A stretch of DNA of 64,000 nt from NCBI GenBank assembly GCA_018817715.1, contig JAHITT010000004.1, forward strand, positions 19,751-83,750, given 5' to 3'. The first letter of the stretch is position 1. Every line of letters begins with the position of its first letter. Of the stretch, positions 39,004 to 48,272 are shown in pieces. Below the pieces are notes generated by a model that saw nothing but the letters and a program-made list of their open reading frames with translations, searched no databases and was not told the DNA's origin. Source of the stretch: Patescibacteria group bacterium. GTDB lineage: Bacteria; Patescibacteriota; Patescibacteriia; Veblenbacterales; UBA10138. Position numbers and translations under genes: made by a program.

Positions 39004-39040
39004 TTATAAAAACAACTCAATCATTGAGTTGTTTTTATAA
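39004..39040. terminator. Perfect hairpin / bidirectional terminator
   Basis: TTATAAAAACAACTCAAT-C-ATTGAGTTGTTTTTATAA. Confidence 0.65.
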
Positions 39041-39059
39041 TTTAGTTTAAATTTTATAT

Positions 39060-40991
39060 TTATCTACTCGCTCCCGAATAAGTAATCGCTTGCATTATAT
39101 TCCAATCTTCAGTAGAACTTGGTGTATGCCCGTAAATAGCTTTAAAGATCTTGATGCCGTTAGTTTCACTATTCAAATTCCTATTCTCAGCTTTTTGTCT
39201 AAGACCATAAGCCATAACAGTCACAGCTGCGTTATCATTGGCATTGCTCATATCAGCTACTCTTTTGTAGATCTTTTGAAATTGTTCTTTAGCTTTGTTC
39301 TCAGCCCCTTGATTAGTAATACTTGGCCAACGACCGTTAGCGATTTTAATGGCGTCAGTTAATTCCTCTTCTGTCTCTGGCAATTTATTAAAAGCGTTCT
39401 TATAAGAATACATAACTGCTGCTCTTTCGCCGGCTCCTAATTTTTGAGTGTTTGTATCTGCCCCATAAGTAATAAAACTATTTATGGCCGTTTCCATTTT
39501 AGCTGATAACTTTTCAACATTATTAGTTAAGTTTTCAAAATACTTAATTTTAGTTGCCTGCTCTTTAACAATATCTCTTAACTGTTTAAGTTCCGCTAAT
39601 ACCTCGCTTAATTTATCATCATACAGTCTATTAGCACTAACAGCCGCTTCGGTTATTTTAATAGTCGGTTTTATTATTTCGTTAGCAGTATCAGGGGCTA
39701 AAACCGGACTATCTGTCCCAGGATAGTTTTTATCAATTGTTATTATACCTGAATAATTATTATTGGATTCATTTAATTCATCTAACTCATTTCCATTATC
39801 TACAGTATATTCGAGATAATAATTATTAATTTTAGTAAATTTACCCAACCAAAGGCGAGAAATTGACTCGCCGGGCATTAAAGGATAGTCCGTTGTCGGC
39901 AATGGTCTATTAGTCTTCAAACTAACTATTGGGGTTTCAGAGTTAAATAAAAAGTTTTGATTAGATAAATTGAAGTATGTATTTAATAGACCCTTAGAAC
40001 TAGTTAGTAGTGCCGTGCCATTATTTTTAATAGTAACTGAGATTGTTCCAACTTGGTTAGCATAATTTGTAGAAAAAGTAATACCAGTAACTGTTAAATC
40101 TGGTTTTTTATCAACATTATTAATCGAATCATTAATAACAATTGATTTTGAAAGAGTGTTGTTATTTTCATTTGATTCATCTAATTCGTTAGCGTTATCA
40201 ATTGTAAACTGAAGATATAAATTACCAGAAGTATTAAATTTTCCTACCCAAGAAAAAGTGATTGACTCCTCCTTTTTTAAAGGGTTCGAAATGGTTGGAT
40301 CTGGACGATTAGCACGGTAAGCAAGAATCGAGGGTGTTTCACTACTAAAAATAAAGTTTTGTGCCGATAGATTATTATACCAATTAAATAATCCTTGGCC
40401 GCTAGTTAGATCCCCGCCTAAATTTTTAACCGTTACGGATAGTGTTCCGTTTTCATTTTTTACAGATGAACTGAAGTTTATATTTGTTACAGTTAAATCT
40501 GGTTTAGAAATAATCGCACCGATCGAAATACTGACGCTTAAACTATTGTTATTCTCGTTGGTCTCCACCAACTCATTAGCATTATCGACTGTATATTGTA
40601 AATATAAATTACCAGAAGTATTAAATTTTCCTACCCAAGAAAAAGTGATTGACTCATTAGTTTTTAATGGATTATTGGTTGAAAGATCCGGCAGAGCTCT
40701 ATCAGTTTTAAATTGAGTAGCTGAAGGAGTTGAGCTATCAAAGACAAAATTTTGAAAACTAAAATTATTGTAAGTGTTAAGTAGGCCTGCAGTGTTGTTT
40801 AAATCACCACCTAAATTTTTTATAGTAACTGCTAATTTTCCGGTTTCTCCCTGTTGGGAGCCAGAAAAAGTAATACCAGTAACCGTTAAATCCGGGTTGC
40901 CTGTTTCGGCTTGAGTTTTTGTAGCAAAAAAGAAACCGCAAACCCCAAAAATTATAAATAACACCGAAACCGACTTTTTAAAATTAAACAT
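39060..40991 (-). CDS. Exported protein with three CARDB (Ig-like) repeats and a helical C-terminal domain
   Basis: Three repeats PDLTVT...KNLG...VDN.NEL.E.NE.NN; tail FITYG...LGAGERAAV...ANGRWP. Confidence 0.85.
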   Translation of the reverse strand: MFNFKKSVSVLFIIFGVCGFFFATKTQAETGNPDLTVTGITFSGSQQGETGKLAVTIKNLGGDLNNTAGLLNTYNNFSFQNFVFDSSTPSATQFKTDRALPDLSTNNPLKTNESITFSWVGKFNTSGNLYLQYTVDNANELVETNENNNSLSVSISIGAIISKPDLTVTNINFSSSVKNENGTLSVTVKNLGGDLTSGQGLFNWYNNLSAQNFIFSSETPSILAYRANRPDPTISNPLKKEESITFSWVGKFNTSGNLYLQFTIDNANELDESNENNNTLSKSIVINDSINNVDKKPDLTVTGITFSTNYANQVGTISVTIKNNGTALLTSSKGLLNTYFNLSNQNFLFNSETPIVSLKTNRPLPTTDYPLMPGESISRLWLGKFTKINNYYLEYTVDNGNELDELNESNNNYSGIITIDKNYPGTDSPVLAPDTANEIIKPTIKITEAAVSANRLYDDKLSEVLAELKQLRDIVKEQATKIKYFENLTNNVEKLSAKMETAINSFITYGADTNTQKLGAGERAAVMYSYKNAFNKLPETEEELTDAIKIANGRWPSITNQGAENKAKEQFQKIYKRVADMSNANDNAAVTVMAYGLRQKAENRNLNSETNGIKIFKAIYGHTPSSTEDWNIMQAITYSGASR

Positions 40992-41055
40992 AAATTTTAT
41001 TATTTTTAACTAATAATGTTGTAATAATGTATCACAAATATTCTTAAATGTCAAA

Positions 41056-41110
41056 TTTTTAAACTAAAAAAATAAATGTGCTATAATAGCCAAACTATGC
41101 TATTAAAAAA
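41056..41110 (+). repeat. 55-bp direct repeat, copy 2, holding an extended -10 (TGCTATAAT) and the S11 peptidase start codon
   Basis: Matches 38708-38762. Confidence 0.85.
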
Positions 41111-42017
41111 TAAATTTTTTCTTGTTTTATTGCTAATTGGTCTTAACTTAGCGCCTATTCACGTAGTGGCTCAATCCACTATTAATAAAAATTCTTCTTA
41201 TCAAGATTTTGGCGCTTGGTATCAAAAAAATTATAAGCTTAAAGCCTTGCCTTTTCGGGCCGTAGCTCTAATAGATGCCCAAACCTTGCAACCACTATAC
41301 TATTACCAAGAAAGCACGACCATGCCCACAGCCAGCTTAATGAAAATGCTGGCGGCGGGCGCCTTTTTAAGCTATGGCTCACCAGATTGGTTTAAATTGG
41401 TGGATTTAACTGAACAAGAAAACGAAACTCTTTTACGGCCTTATGTGGAACCTAAAGATAATTTTGCCTTGCTACGATTAAAAGCTGGAGAAAAAATAAG
41501 CTTAGAACAAGCTTTTGCCACTATGCTCATGGGTTCAGCCAACAACATTGCTGTAGCTTTGCCTCGTTATTTGGGTATCAGCCGGACTGATTTTATCAAC
41601 CGCATGCAACAAACTGCCCTAAATTGGGGTATGAACCAAACAATTGTGGATGAACCCAGTGGTTTATCTTTAAACAATGTTTCTTCAGCCAAAGATTTAG
41701 CCCTAGGCACCTGCCAGGCTTTTGGTAATTTTATGACCAGCTATTATGGTAGCCAACCTTACCTAACTTACGATACCGATATTAAAACCCACAAAATCAT
41801 TAGTCACACGGTGCATGATGTTAGAAATTATTCTCAAAAATACTGGGGAGCTAAAACCGGTTACTTAAGAGAAACACAATATCATTTAGCCGCCGGTGTT
41901 ATAACGCCTCAGGGTCGTAAACTGTGCTTAACTGTTTTAACCTCGCCCAGTCGCGCCCTGTCCGAACAAACCGGCGAAGCTTTACGACAATGGGCGGATA
42001 AAATGTATCAATGGTAA
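41097..42017 (+). CDS. Peptidase S11 (D-Ala-D-Ala carboxy/endopeptidase)
   Basis: ASLMK (SxxK), SANN (SxN), AKTGY (KTG); signal peptide. Confidence 0.88.
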   Translation: MLLKNKFFLVLLLIGLNLAPIHVVAQSTINKNSSYQDFGAWYQKNYKLKALPFRAVALIDAQTLQPLYYYQESTTMPTASLMKMLAAGAFLSYGSPDWFKLVDLTEQENETLLRPYVEPKDNFALLRLKAGEKISLEQAFATMLMGSANNIAVALPRYLGISRTDFINRMQQTALNWGMNQTIVDEPSGLSLNNVSSAKDLALGTCQAFGNFMTSYYGSQPYLTYDTDIKTHKIISHTVHDVRNYSQKYWGAKTGYLRETQYHLAAGVITPQGRKLCLTVLTSPSRALSEQTGEALRQWADKMYQW

Positions 42018-42113
42018 AAACTCAAAATTAAAAAACAATTTACAATATACTAATCAAAAAATCCACCTATCCGGTGGATTTTTTTAAATGAATTTTCTAA
42101 TCTTTACATTCTA

Positions 42114-42881
42114 CTAACCCTTTTTTAATCTGTCATTATTTTTTAAAATATCTTCCACAAACCCAGCTTGATAGCCTAAATCCTTAGCCGCTTTAGCTAT
42201 AGCTTCTAAATCTTTAGGCAGACATTTACCACTAAAACCGGGCTTATCTGGATAAACAAAAGTATGGTAACGGCTCATCCTAGGATCCATTAACCAAGCT
42301 TCCCTAACCATATGCCAATCCGCGCCAAAAACCTGACAAATATTATAATATTCATTAACCAAAGTAACCATATTAGCTACTGCTGTGTTAGTCATATATT
42401 TGGCAATTTCCGCTTCGGTCGCGCTTAAAAACATTATTTTTACACCAGAGTTATAAACCGATTGGTAAAGTTCCACTGCTTTAGCACAATTATCCTTGGC
42501 CCCGCCTAATATTAAAAAAGTTTTTTTACTTTCATCGGCTAAAGGATGCGCCACGGTTTCACCAATATATTCTGGTTGGAAAATAATTTTTTTATTAGGA
42601 TATTTATCAATCAATTTTTGAGTGGTTCCTGGTTTAACTGTGGAGCGAATTATTATTAAATCGCTCTCTAGCCAAGCGATTGTTTCTTCCACTATGGAAG
42701 TATCACAACCACCGTCGGCCAAAGAATTGGTTGGCACACAAACAAAAACCACCTGACAAGAATTTATTTCCGCCTGACTAGATGATTCTTCGGGCAAAGC
42801 CGGATCGTATATTAAAGCCTCGCTAAATAACTTTTTAATCGCTTTACCTACAAAACCATAACCAACTATACCAATTTTCAT
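42114..42881 (-). CDS. UDP-glucose/GDP-mannose dehydrogenase family protein, short form
   Basis: IVGYGFVG, CVPT, IRSTVKPG, FQPE, GFSGKCLPKD. Confidence 0.85.
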   Translation of the reverse strand: MKIGIVGYGFVGKAIKKLFSEALIYDPALPEESSSQAEINSCQVVFVCVPTNSLADGGCDTSIVEETIAWLESDLIIIRSTVKPGTTQKLIDKYPNKKIIFQPEYIGETVAHPLADESKKTFLILGGAKDNCAKAVELYQSVYNSGVKIMFLSATEAEIAKYMTNTAVANMVTLVNEYYNICQVFGADWHMVREAWLMDPRMSRYHTFVYPDKPGFSGKCLPKDLEAIAKAAKDLGYQAGFVEDILKNNDRLKKG

Positions 42882-43342
42882 ATTTCGTCCTCTTCTTTGT
42901 TAATATTTAATTCTTTTAATAAATCTAAAGGATAATAAACGCCTTGCAAATAAGCTTGAACTGCTTGGTAATAAGGCTCATACCAAAAATCCTCTTGTTT
43001 TAAAGAAGCTAACTCTAAACGGCTAAACCATTTGGCTTTTTTAACCTCACCAATAGCTAATTTTAAATCACCACTTTGCCACTGGCCCACAAAATAAAAA
43101 CGCAAGGTAGGTTTATCTTTTTTATTCTTATATTCTTGAATTTGTACCAAACCAGTCGGCTGAACAACAAAATTCACCTCTTCGACTACTTCTCTTAATA
43201 AACCTTGGCAAATTGTTTCACCTTTTTTTAAACCGCCGCCTGGCAGTTTCCAACCTGGGGAACGCTCATCTTCGGTTAGTAAAACCGCCTCACCTTTAAC
43301 TATAAAACAATAAGCCTTAGTACGTATTAAAGTTGCTGCCAT
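42878..43342 (-). CDS. NUDIX hydrolase
   Basis: WKLPGGG...GE......REVVEE. Confidence 0.9.
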   Translation of the reverse strand: MAATLIRTKAYCFIVKGEAVLLTEDERSPGWKLPGGGLKKGETICQGLLREVVEEVNFVVQPTGLVQIQEYKNKKDKPTLRFYFVGQWQSGDLKLAIGEVKKAKWFSRLELASLKQEDFWYEPYYQAVQAYLQGVYYPLDLLKELNINKEEDEI

Positions 43343-43397
43343 AATAGTAAAAATACTAGCAGATAATCAAAGAAAAATAAATACCAAAGAAAAACTA

Positions 43398-43443
43398 TTG
43401 ACAAAAATAATTAATTGCTCTATAATTAGATATATATCTAATT
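43398..43443 (+). promoter_or_regulatory. Promoter TTGACA-17-TATAAT with palindromic operator
   Basis: AATTAGATATATATCTAATT (43424-43443) overlaps the -10; upstream of the SdpR-like repressor. Confidence 0.75.
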
Positions 43444-43456
43444 ATCTAAATATTCC

Positions 43457-43729
43457 ATGCCTTTAAGCCAAACCCTAGCCGCTCTAGCCGACCCTAATCG
43501 GCAAAAAATAATTGACCTACTAAAAAAAGGTGAACGAGCTGTAGCCGATTTAGGCCACTACCTTAATATTACCCCACCAACCCTATCGCATCATTTGGAT
43601 ATTTTAAAACGGGCTGATTTAATAAGCGCTCGTAGGCAAGGTCAACAAATTTTTTATTCTCTTAACTTAAGCGTACTGGAAGAATTGGTGGAAAAATTTT
43701 CTAAATTTTTAAATACTTCTAAAAAATAA
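43457..43729 (+). CDS. sdpR: ArsR/SdpR-family repressor
   Basis: ALADPNRQKI, TLSHHLDILKRADLI...R.GQ.I.YSLN; precedes sdpI. Confidence 0.82.
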   Translation: MPLSQTLAALADPNRQKIIDLLKKGERAVADLGHYLNITPPTLSHHLDILKRADLISARRQGQQIFYSLNLSVLEELVEKFSKFLNTSKK

Positions 43730-43741
43730 CCTGTTTATTTT

Positions 43742-44425
43742 ATGAATTCCCCTCTTAAACTATCTGTTAAAAGCGAAATTTGGCCACTCTTAATGATTGC
43801 TATCACTATAGGTATAAGTTATTATTTTTATCCCAGTTTACCTGAAACTGTGGCCAGTCATTGGGATTTCCGCGGCCAAGTGGACGGCTGGACTAGTAAA
43901 CAAATCCATAGCTTGCTGTTACCAGGAATAATGGCCGGAATATATATTTTATTTTTAATCCTGCCGTACTTTGATCCTAAAAAAGAACGTTACCAAGAAT
44001 TTGCCAAGGTTTATCATATTTTTAAATCCTTAATAATAACAACTTTTTTAATAGTTTATTTAGCCACTACTTTATATAATGTCGGCTATGACCTAAACAT
44101 CGGTTTAATAATAGCCTCAACTATTGGTTTGCTAATGATAATTATAGGTAACTACATGGGCAAAATAAAAAAGAATTGGTTTGTCGGTATTCGCACACCT
44201 TGGACCTTATCCAATGAAAATGTTTGGAATAAAACCCATCGAGTTGGTGGCTGGATGTTTATAATTTTCGGTTTAGTTATAATACTCGCTCCCAATTTAC
44301 CAGCTAATTTGGCTTTGTATGTGTTTATCAGTGGTGCCCTGCTAACTACTTTAGGTACTTTTGCCTATTCCTACTTTGCCTGGCGGCAAGAAAAAAAGAA
44401 TAACCCCACTAACGACCATGCCTAA
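43742..44425 (+). CDS. sdpI: SdpI family immunity membrane protein
   Basis: LPE.VASHW, GNYMGKIKKNWFVGIRTPWTL...W.KTHR.GG. Confidence 0.9.
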   Translation: MNSPLKLSVKSEIWPLLMIAITIGISYYFYPSLPETVASHWDFRGQVDGWTSKQIHSLLLPGIMAGIYILFLILPYFDPKKERYQEFAKVYHIFKSLIITTFLIVYLATTLYNVGYDLNIGLIIASTIGLLMIIIGNYMGKIKKNWFVGIRTPWTLSNENVWNKTHRVGGWMFIIFGLVIILAPNLPANLALYVFISGALLTTLGTFAYSYFAWRQEKKNNPTNDHA

Positions 44426-44963
44426 AATTACTTTAAAAAAACTTCATTTAATACTAATCGCCGGTCATGTAGGTAGTGGCAAAACCCATTTAGCTAAAAA
44501 ACTAGCTAAAAAAATAAATTGCCTAAGGATCGACAAAGATATTATAGATGATTCTTTTACCACCAGCCGGCTTAGTAATCTTTACCAATCAGCTGCCCGA
44601 CCCTACATCCATAAAATAATGTACAATCTGGCCGAAAGTAATTTGTCCGATAATACTTCAGTGATTATCGACGCGCCTTATACTAAAGCCGAAAAATATT
44701 TAAACAATCCAACCTGGCTTAAATTAATCAAAAATATAGCCAAAAAACATAAAGCCACTATTAAATTAATCTGGTGTACAGCTGATAATAAAACACGCCA
44801 ACACAGAATTCTTAAAAGAAACCATGAACGCGACCAGGAAAGAAAAGATCAATTCAAAAGATATGTTGGCGCCGGGCATTTAATACCCATACCTTTTAAA
44901 CATTTGCTCTTTGATTCTACTAAAGATTCTTTAAATAAAGTTATTAAATTCTTGGCTGACTAG
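44418..44963 (+). CDS. P-loop kinase / AAA_33-like protein
   Basis: GHVGSGKT, VIIDAP, lid R..RI..R; start placed at ATG 44418. Confidence 0.75.
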   Translation: MPKITLKKLHLILIAGHVGSGKTHLAKKLAKKINCLRIDKDIIDDSFTTSRLSNLYQSAARPYIHKIMYNLAESNLSDNTSVIIDAPYTKAEKYLNNPTWLKLIKNIAKKHKATIKLIWCTADNKTRQHRILKRNHERDQERKDQFKRYVGAGHLIPIPFKHLLFDSTKDSLNKVIKFLAD

Positions 44964-44973
44964 CAAACCATTA

Positions 44974-45492
44974 CTATATATTACGGCTATCATAAGCCCA
45001 ATGTAATAAAGCTTGACGTTGTTTGCGACGACAATTTAAATCTTTAGGATGGCAATATTTTTTTATAGCACCGGCATGGCGGCTAATGGCTCGCCAACGT
45101 TTTATTTGCCTTATGTCTTCTTTAGGTAAACGCCTCCCCAAATAATAACGACAATACCACTGAAACCAACCTCTGGGATCCACTGGATTTATCCAACCTT
45201 TTTGTTGCCAACTTTCCAAAGGCAAACTGGCATCTACACCAAAATAATTTAACTTATAATTTTTCCTGCCAGGCGATAACCTAGCCCCAGTAAACCAACT
45301 TTTAGGAAATTCTTTACGGCAATCTGTTAAATACTTACCACCAAACACCCCCAGTTTAAGCATCTGCCGAGGTGTTAGTTGCGGTTTGAAATCAGTTAAA
45401 AAGTTTTTACCAGCCGGTTCAATTAAATAATAGCGATAACCTTGCTGCATTTTATCATTTACAACCACTAATTTTTTTACCCGCCGAGGCAT
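44974..45492 (-). CDS. Conserved hypothetical protein
   Basis: MLKLGVFGGKY, DPRGWFQWYCRYYLGRR, RQALLHWAYD. Confidence 0.7.
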   Translation of the reverse strand: MPRRVKKLVVVNDKMQQGYRYYLIEPAGKNFLTDFKPQLTPRQMLKLGVFGGKYLTDCRKEFPKSWFTGARLSPGRKNYKLNYFGVDASLPLESWQQKGWINPVDPRGWFQWYCRYYLGRRLPKEDIRQIKRWRAISRHAGAIKKYCHPKDLNCRRKQRQALLHWAYDSRNI

Positions 45493-45493
45493 A

Positions 45494-46606
45494 TTAATTA
45501 AAATTAATCACTACTATTTCACTACTACTACCCAAACGTTGTGGTGGCCCCCAAGTACCTACACCACTAGTAGTTATTAACTGCCCCTCGCCTACCTTAT
45601 GCCAGCCGTAATCCAGGCCTTTGTATACTGCTCGGGCTAGGTAATTAAATGGCCACATCTGGCCAACATGGGTATGGCCCGATAAAACCAAATCAACACC
45701 AGCCTCAGTTGCCGTATCAACCACAAAAGGCACGTGCTTTAATAAAACAGTGGGCTTAGCTTTATCTAAATTTAAATTCGACATTAAGTCTGCTAGACCG
45801 TCTGAACTATTAGAATCTTTAAAAGTTACGCCAGCTATTTGTAAACCCTTAACTTCCACTGATTTATTATTAAGTATGGTAATACCAGCTCCGGCCAAAG
45901 CTTTGGTATAAGGCGAACTATCGCCGAATTCTTCATGGTTACCATTGCTAAAATAAATTCCTAAGGGCGTTTGCAAATTTTTCCAAGGTTCAGCCAATTT
46001 AATATAATCAGCTGGCGGTCCATCATAAAAATCTCCTGGTATAAAAACCGCTGCTGGTTTAAGGTTGTTTACTAGTTTAACTATTTTAGCCGACCTGCCA
46101 ACCCCATAAATATTACCTAAATGACTATCGGACAATAATATAGCCTTTTGTCCTTGCCAGGCGGCTGGCCAATTAATCCCCGCTATATCGTACTGTTTTA
46201 TTTTTATAGCCTGAGAATTATAAACACTATAAACACTTAATATAACAGCCACTATAAAAAAAGACGCCCCAGTTATGCCCCAGTTAAAATTAACCGGCCA
46301 CCAAAAACTTATTATTTTTACCAACCCATAAGCCAAACTGGCCAGCACCAAAAAATGCAAAGTGCCCAACCAAACAGCCGCTCCAGTATAAAACCAATCA
46401 ATTAGTGGGTTTATAAAACGATTAGCTAAAAGTGAAGCTACTAAAAAACTTATTGATAAAATAAAAAAAACAATTTTCAAACGAACAATTCCACCATCAC
46501 TTAAACTACCCCAAAAATTAACCAAGGTTTTATAAACTAAAAAATGGCCTAACCAAAGAATCACTTGAATAACGGATAAAAAAATTAAAACTTGCCAAAG
46601 CCTCAT
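45494..46606 (-). CDS. Membrane metallophosphoesterase (YkuE-like)
   Basis: 4 TM then SDSHLG, GDFYD, GNHE, SGHTH.GQ. Confidence 0.9.
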   Translation of the reverse strand: MRLWQVLIFLSVIQVILWLGHFLVYKTLVNFWGSLSDGGIVRLKIVFFILSISFLVASLLANRFINPLIDWFYTGAAVWLGTLHFLVLASLAYGLVKIISFWWPVNFNWGITGASFFIVAVILSVYSVYNSQAIKIKQYDIAGINWPAAWQGQKAILLSDSHLGNIYGVGRSAKIVKLVNNLKPAAVFIPGDFYDGPPADYIKLAEPWKNLQTPLGIYFSNGNHEEFGDSSPYTKALAGAGITILNNKSVEVKGLQIAGVTFKDSNSSDGLADLMSNLNLDKAKPTVLLKHVPFVVDTATEAGVDLVLSGHTHVGQMWPFNYLARAVYKGLDYGWHKVGEGQLITTSGVGTWGPPQRLGSSSEIVVINFN

Positions 46607-46611
46607 AATGT

Positions 46612-47082
46612 CTAAAAATTAAGTTGCCAAATAGTAAAATTCAAATAAGCCGCAAACATTACCCAAACAGCATAAGGTGCCAATAAAACAGCAGCCAAAC
46701 GAGAAGTGCGACCAATTAAAATTATCAAATAAATAATGGAAAAAAATAACAACCAAATTTCTATGGCCGCCAGCCCTATCATTTGTTGCCCAAAAAATAA
46801 CCAACTCCAACCAACGTTTAAAAATCCGTTAAGTACTAGCATAACCAAAGTCAAACGAAAATTTTTATATCTAATCGATTGATTATAAAAAATTAAAACA
46901 GCCCCGGCTATCAAAATAAACAAAACTGTCCAGGCTAAGCCAATAAACCAACCCGGCGGAGTAAAATCGGGCTTAAGTAAATTTTGGTACCAAACCGTGT
47001 CGGGACTGGTAAACTGGCCGCCCCACCAAGCTACTAACCAAACCAACATCGGTATAACAAAATAATTAATTTTTAACTTCAT
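46612..47082 (-). CDS. tspO: TspO/MBR family protein
   Basis: WYQNL.KP.FTPP.W...AWT.L, LN..WSWLFF, PY..WV.FA; start placed at ATG 47082. Confidence 0.88.
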   Translation of the reverse strand: MKLKINYFVIPMLVWLVAWWGGQFTSPDTVWYQNLLKPDFTPPGWFIGLAWTVLFILIAGAVLIFYNQSIRYKNFRLTLVMLVLNGFLNVGWSWLFFGQQMIGLAAIEIWLLFFSIIYLIILIGRTSRLAAVLLAPYAVWVMFAAYLNFTIWQLNF

Positions 47083-47115
47083 ATATACATAATGTCTTAT
47101 TTTACTACTAAAAGC

Positions 47116-47148
47116 AAAACCTCCTGTTAAATTATACAGGAGGTTTTT
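47116..47148 (-). terminator. Intrinsic terminator (bidirectional)
   Basis: AAAACCTCCTGT...ACAGGAGGTTTT. Confidence 0.7.
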
Positions 47149-47150
47149 AA

Positions 47151-47330
47151 TTACCATTTAGGCGCCGAAGCTAATTCGATTTGCGCCAACTTTCTTTTAA
47201 GTGGTGGCACTATAAACTTAAGACCATAAAGTATTAAACTATACACACCAAAAACCGTGAATAAAACTATTAAGGCTATTAAATATAATAAGCCACTTAA
47301 TATTTTAAAAATTATTTTTGTTTTAGACAT
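47151..47330 (-). CDS. 59-aa small membrane protein (missing from the ORF track)
   Basis: MSKTKIIFKILSGLLYLIALIVLFTVFGVYSLILYGLKFIVPPLKRKLAQIELASAPKW; AGGAGG SD; terminator directly after the stop. Confidence 0.65.
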   Translation of the reverse strand: MSKTKIIFKILSGLLYLIALIVLFTVFGVYSLILYGLKFIVPPLKRKLAQIELASAPKW

Positions 47331-47375
47331 TTTGTCCTCCTGTTTTTTAGAAAATTGTTTTTATTTTTATAAAAC

Positions 47376-47406
47376 AAAAAACCCGCATCTTTATTTAAGA
47401 TACGGG
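47376..47406 (-). terminator. Leader (attenuator-type) terminator
   Basis: CCCGTATCTT-AAATA-AAGATGCGGG-TTTTT. Confidence 0.7.
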
Positions 47407-47452
47407 CTAAGTTTGGTTTAATTAAAAAATTCTAAACAATCCAAGCTTGTCC

Positions 47453-47503
47453 CTAAGGGGCCGGCGGTACTATTAACACAAATTGGCTGTTTAAAAAATT
47501 CAT
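47453..47503 (-). CDS. Candidate 16-aa leader peptide MNFLNSQFVLIVPPAP
   Basis: ATG a few nt after the predicted TSS, TAG at 47453, followed by the terminator. Confidence 0.4.
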   Translation of the reverse strand: MNFLNSQFVLIVPPAP

Positions 47504-47515
47504 AATGTAAAATTA

Positions 47516-47544
47516 AGTATAAATTACTAACTTAACTTTGTCAA
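47516..47544 (-). promoter_or_regulatory. sigma70 promoter TTGACA-17-TATACT
   Basis: Near-consensus match. Confidence 0.7.
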
Positions 47545-47577
47545 AAAAATCTTTATACTTAGCCATTTTTTCCTCCC

Positions 47578-47655
47578 TAGGCTTATTCGTACGAATAAGC
47601 CTATGTTATCCACAAGGGTAGGCTATTGACATATTGTACGTTCGTACAATATACT
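47578..47655 (+). promoter_or_regulatory. lexA promoter (TTGACA-18-TATACT) with two palindromes and a DnaA box
   Basis: 26-bp perfect palindrome 47578-47603; TTATCCACA 47606-47614; ATATTGTACG-TT-CGTACAATAT 47631-47652. Confidence 0.7.
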
Positions 47656-47694
47656 TATAATATAAAATAAAATCTAAATCTTAAACAAAAACTT

Positions 47695-48270
47695 ATGCCT
47701 CCAGAACACCAACAGCAGATTTTCAAAGTTAAACAATTTTACTGGGAAAATCACCGTATGCCCAGTTACGGCGAATTAGCCGATATTTTAAATTTTAAAT
47801 CCAAATATTCAGCTCAATATCTGGTAAAAAAATGGCTTAAAGTTGGCATTGTTAACCGCGATTACAAAGGCAAAATAACTCCGGGTAAATTGTTTATGCC
47901 TTTAAAACTCCTGGGTACTATTCAGGCCGGTTTGCCTACTCCGGCCGAAGAACAGGATTTGGACAGTATTTCTTTGGACGACTGGCTGATAAATAAAAAG
48001 TCTGATAATTTTATGCTAAAAGTTACCGGCGATTCTATGATAGAGGCTGGTATTCAGCCGGACGATCAAGTTATTGTGGAGCGGGGACGCGCTCCTAAAA
48101 ACGGTGACATCGTCGTAGCTGAGGTAGATAACGAATGGACTCTTAAATATTTTGAAAAACGAAATAATCAAACCAGGCTAATACCGGCCAATAAAAACTA
48201 TAAACCTATCATACCCCGCCAAGAATTAAAAATCGGCGGCATCGTCACGGCTGTAGTTAGAAAATATTAA
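47695..48270 (+). CDS. lexA: LexA-family repressor (S24 peptidase)
   Basis: N-terminal wHTH (PSYGELA), QAG cleavage site, V.GDSM..AGI, TLK. Confidence 0.85.
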   Translation: MPPEHQQQIFKVKQFYWENHRMPSYGELADILNFKSKYSAQYLVKKWLKVGIVNRDYKGKITPGKLFMPLKLLGTIQAGLPTPAEEQDLDSISLDDWLINKKSDNFMLKVTGDSMIEAGIQPDDQVIVERGRAPKNGDIVVAEVDNEWTLKYFEKRNNQTRLIPANKNYKPIIPRQELKIGGIVTAVVRKY

Positions 48271-48272
48271 AA

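Noticed and set aside
38771-40665. Diverged CARDB copy as a DGR template/variable repeat pair
   Set aside because: Differences include indels and are not confined to adenines; no reverse transcriptase in the window
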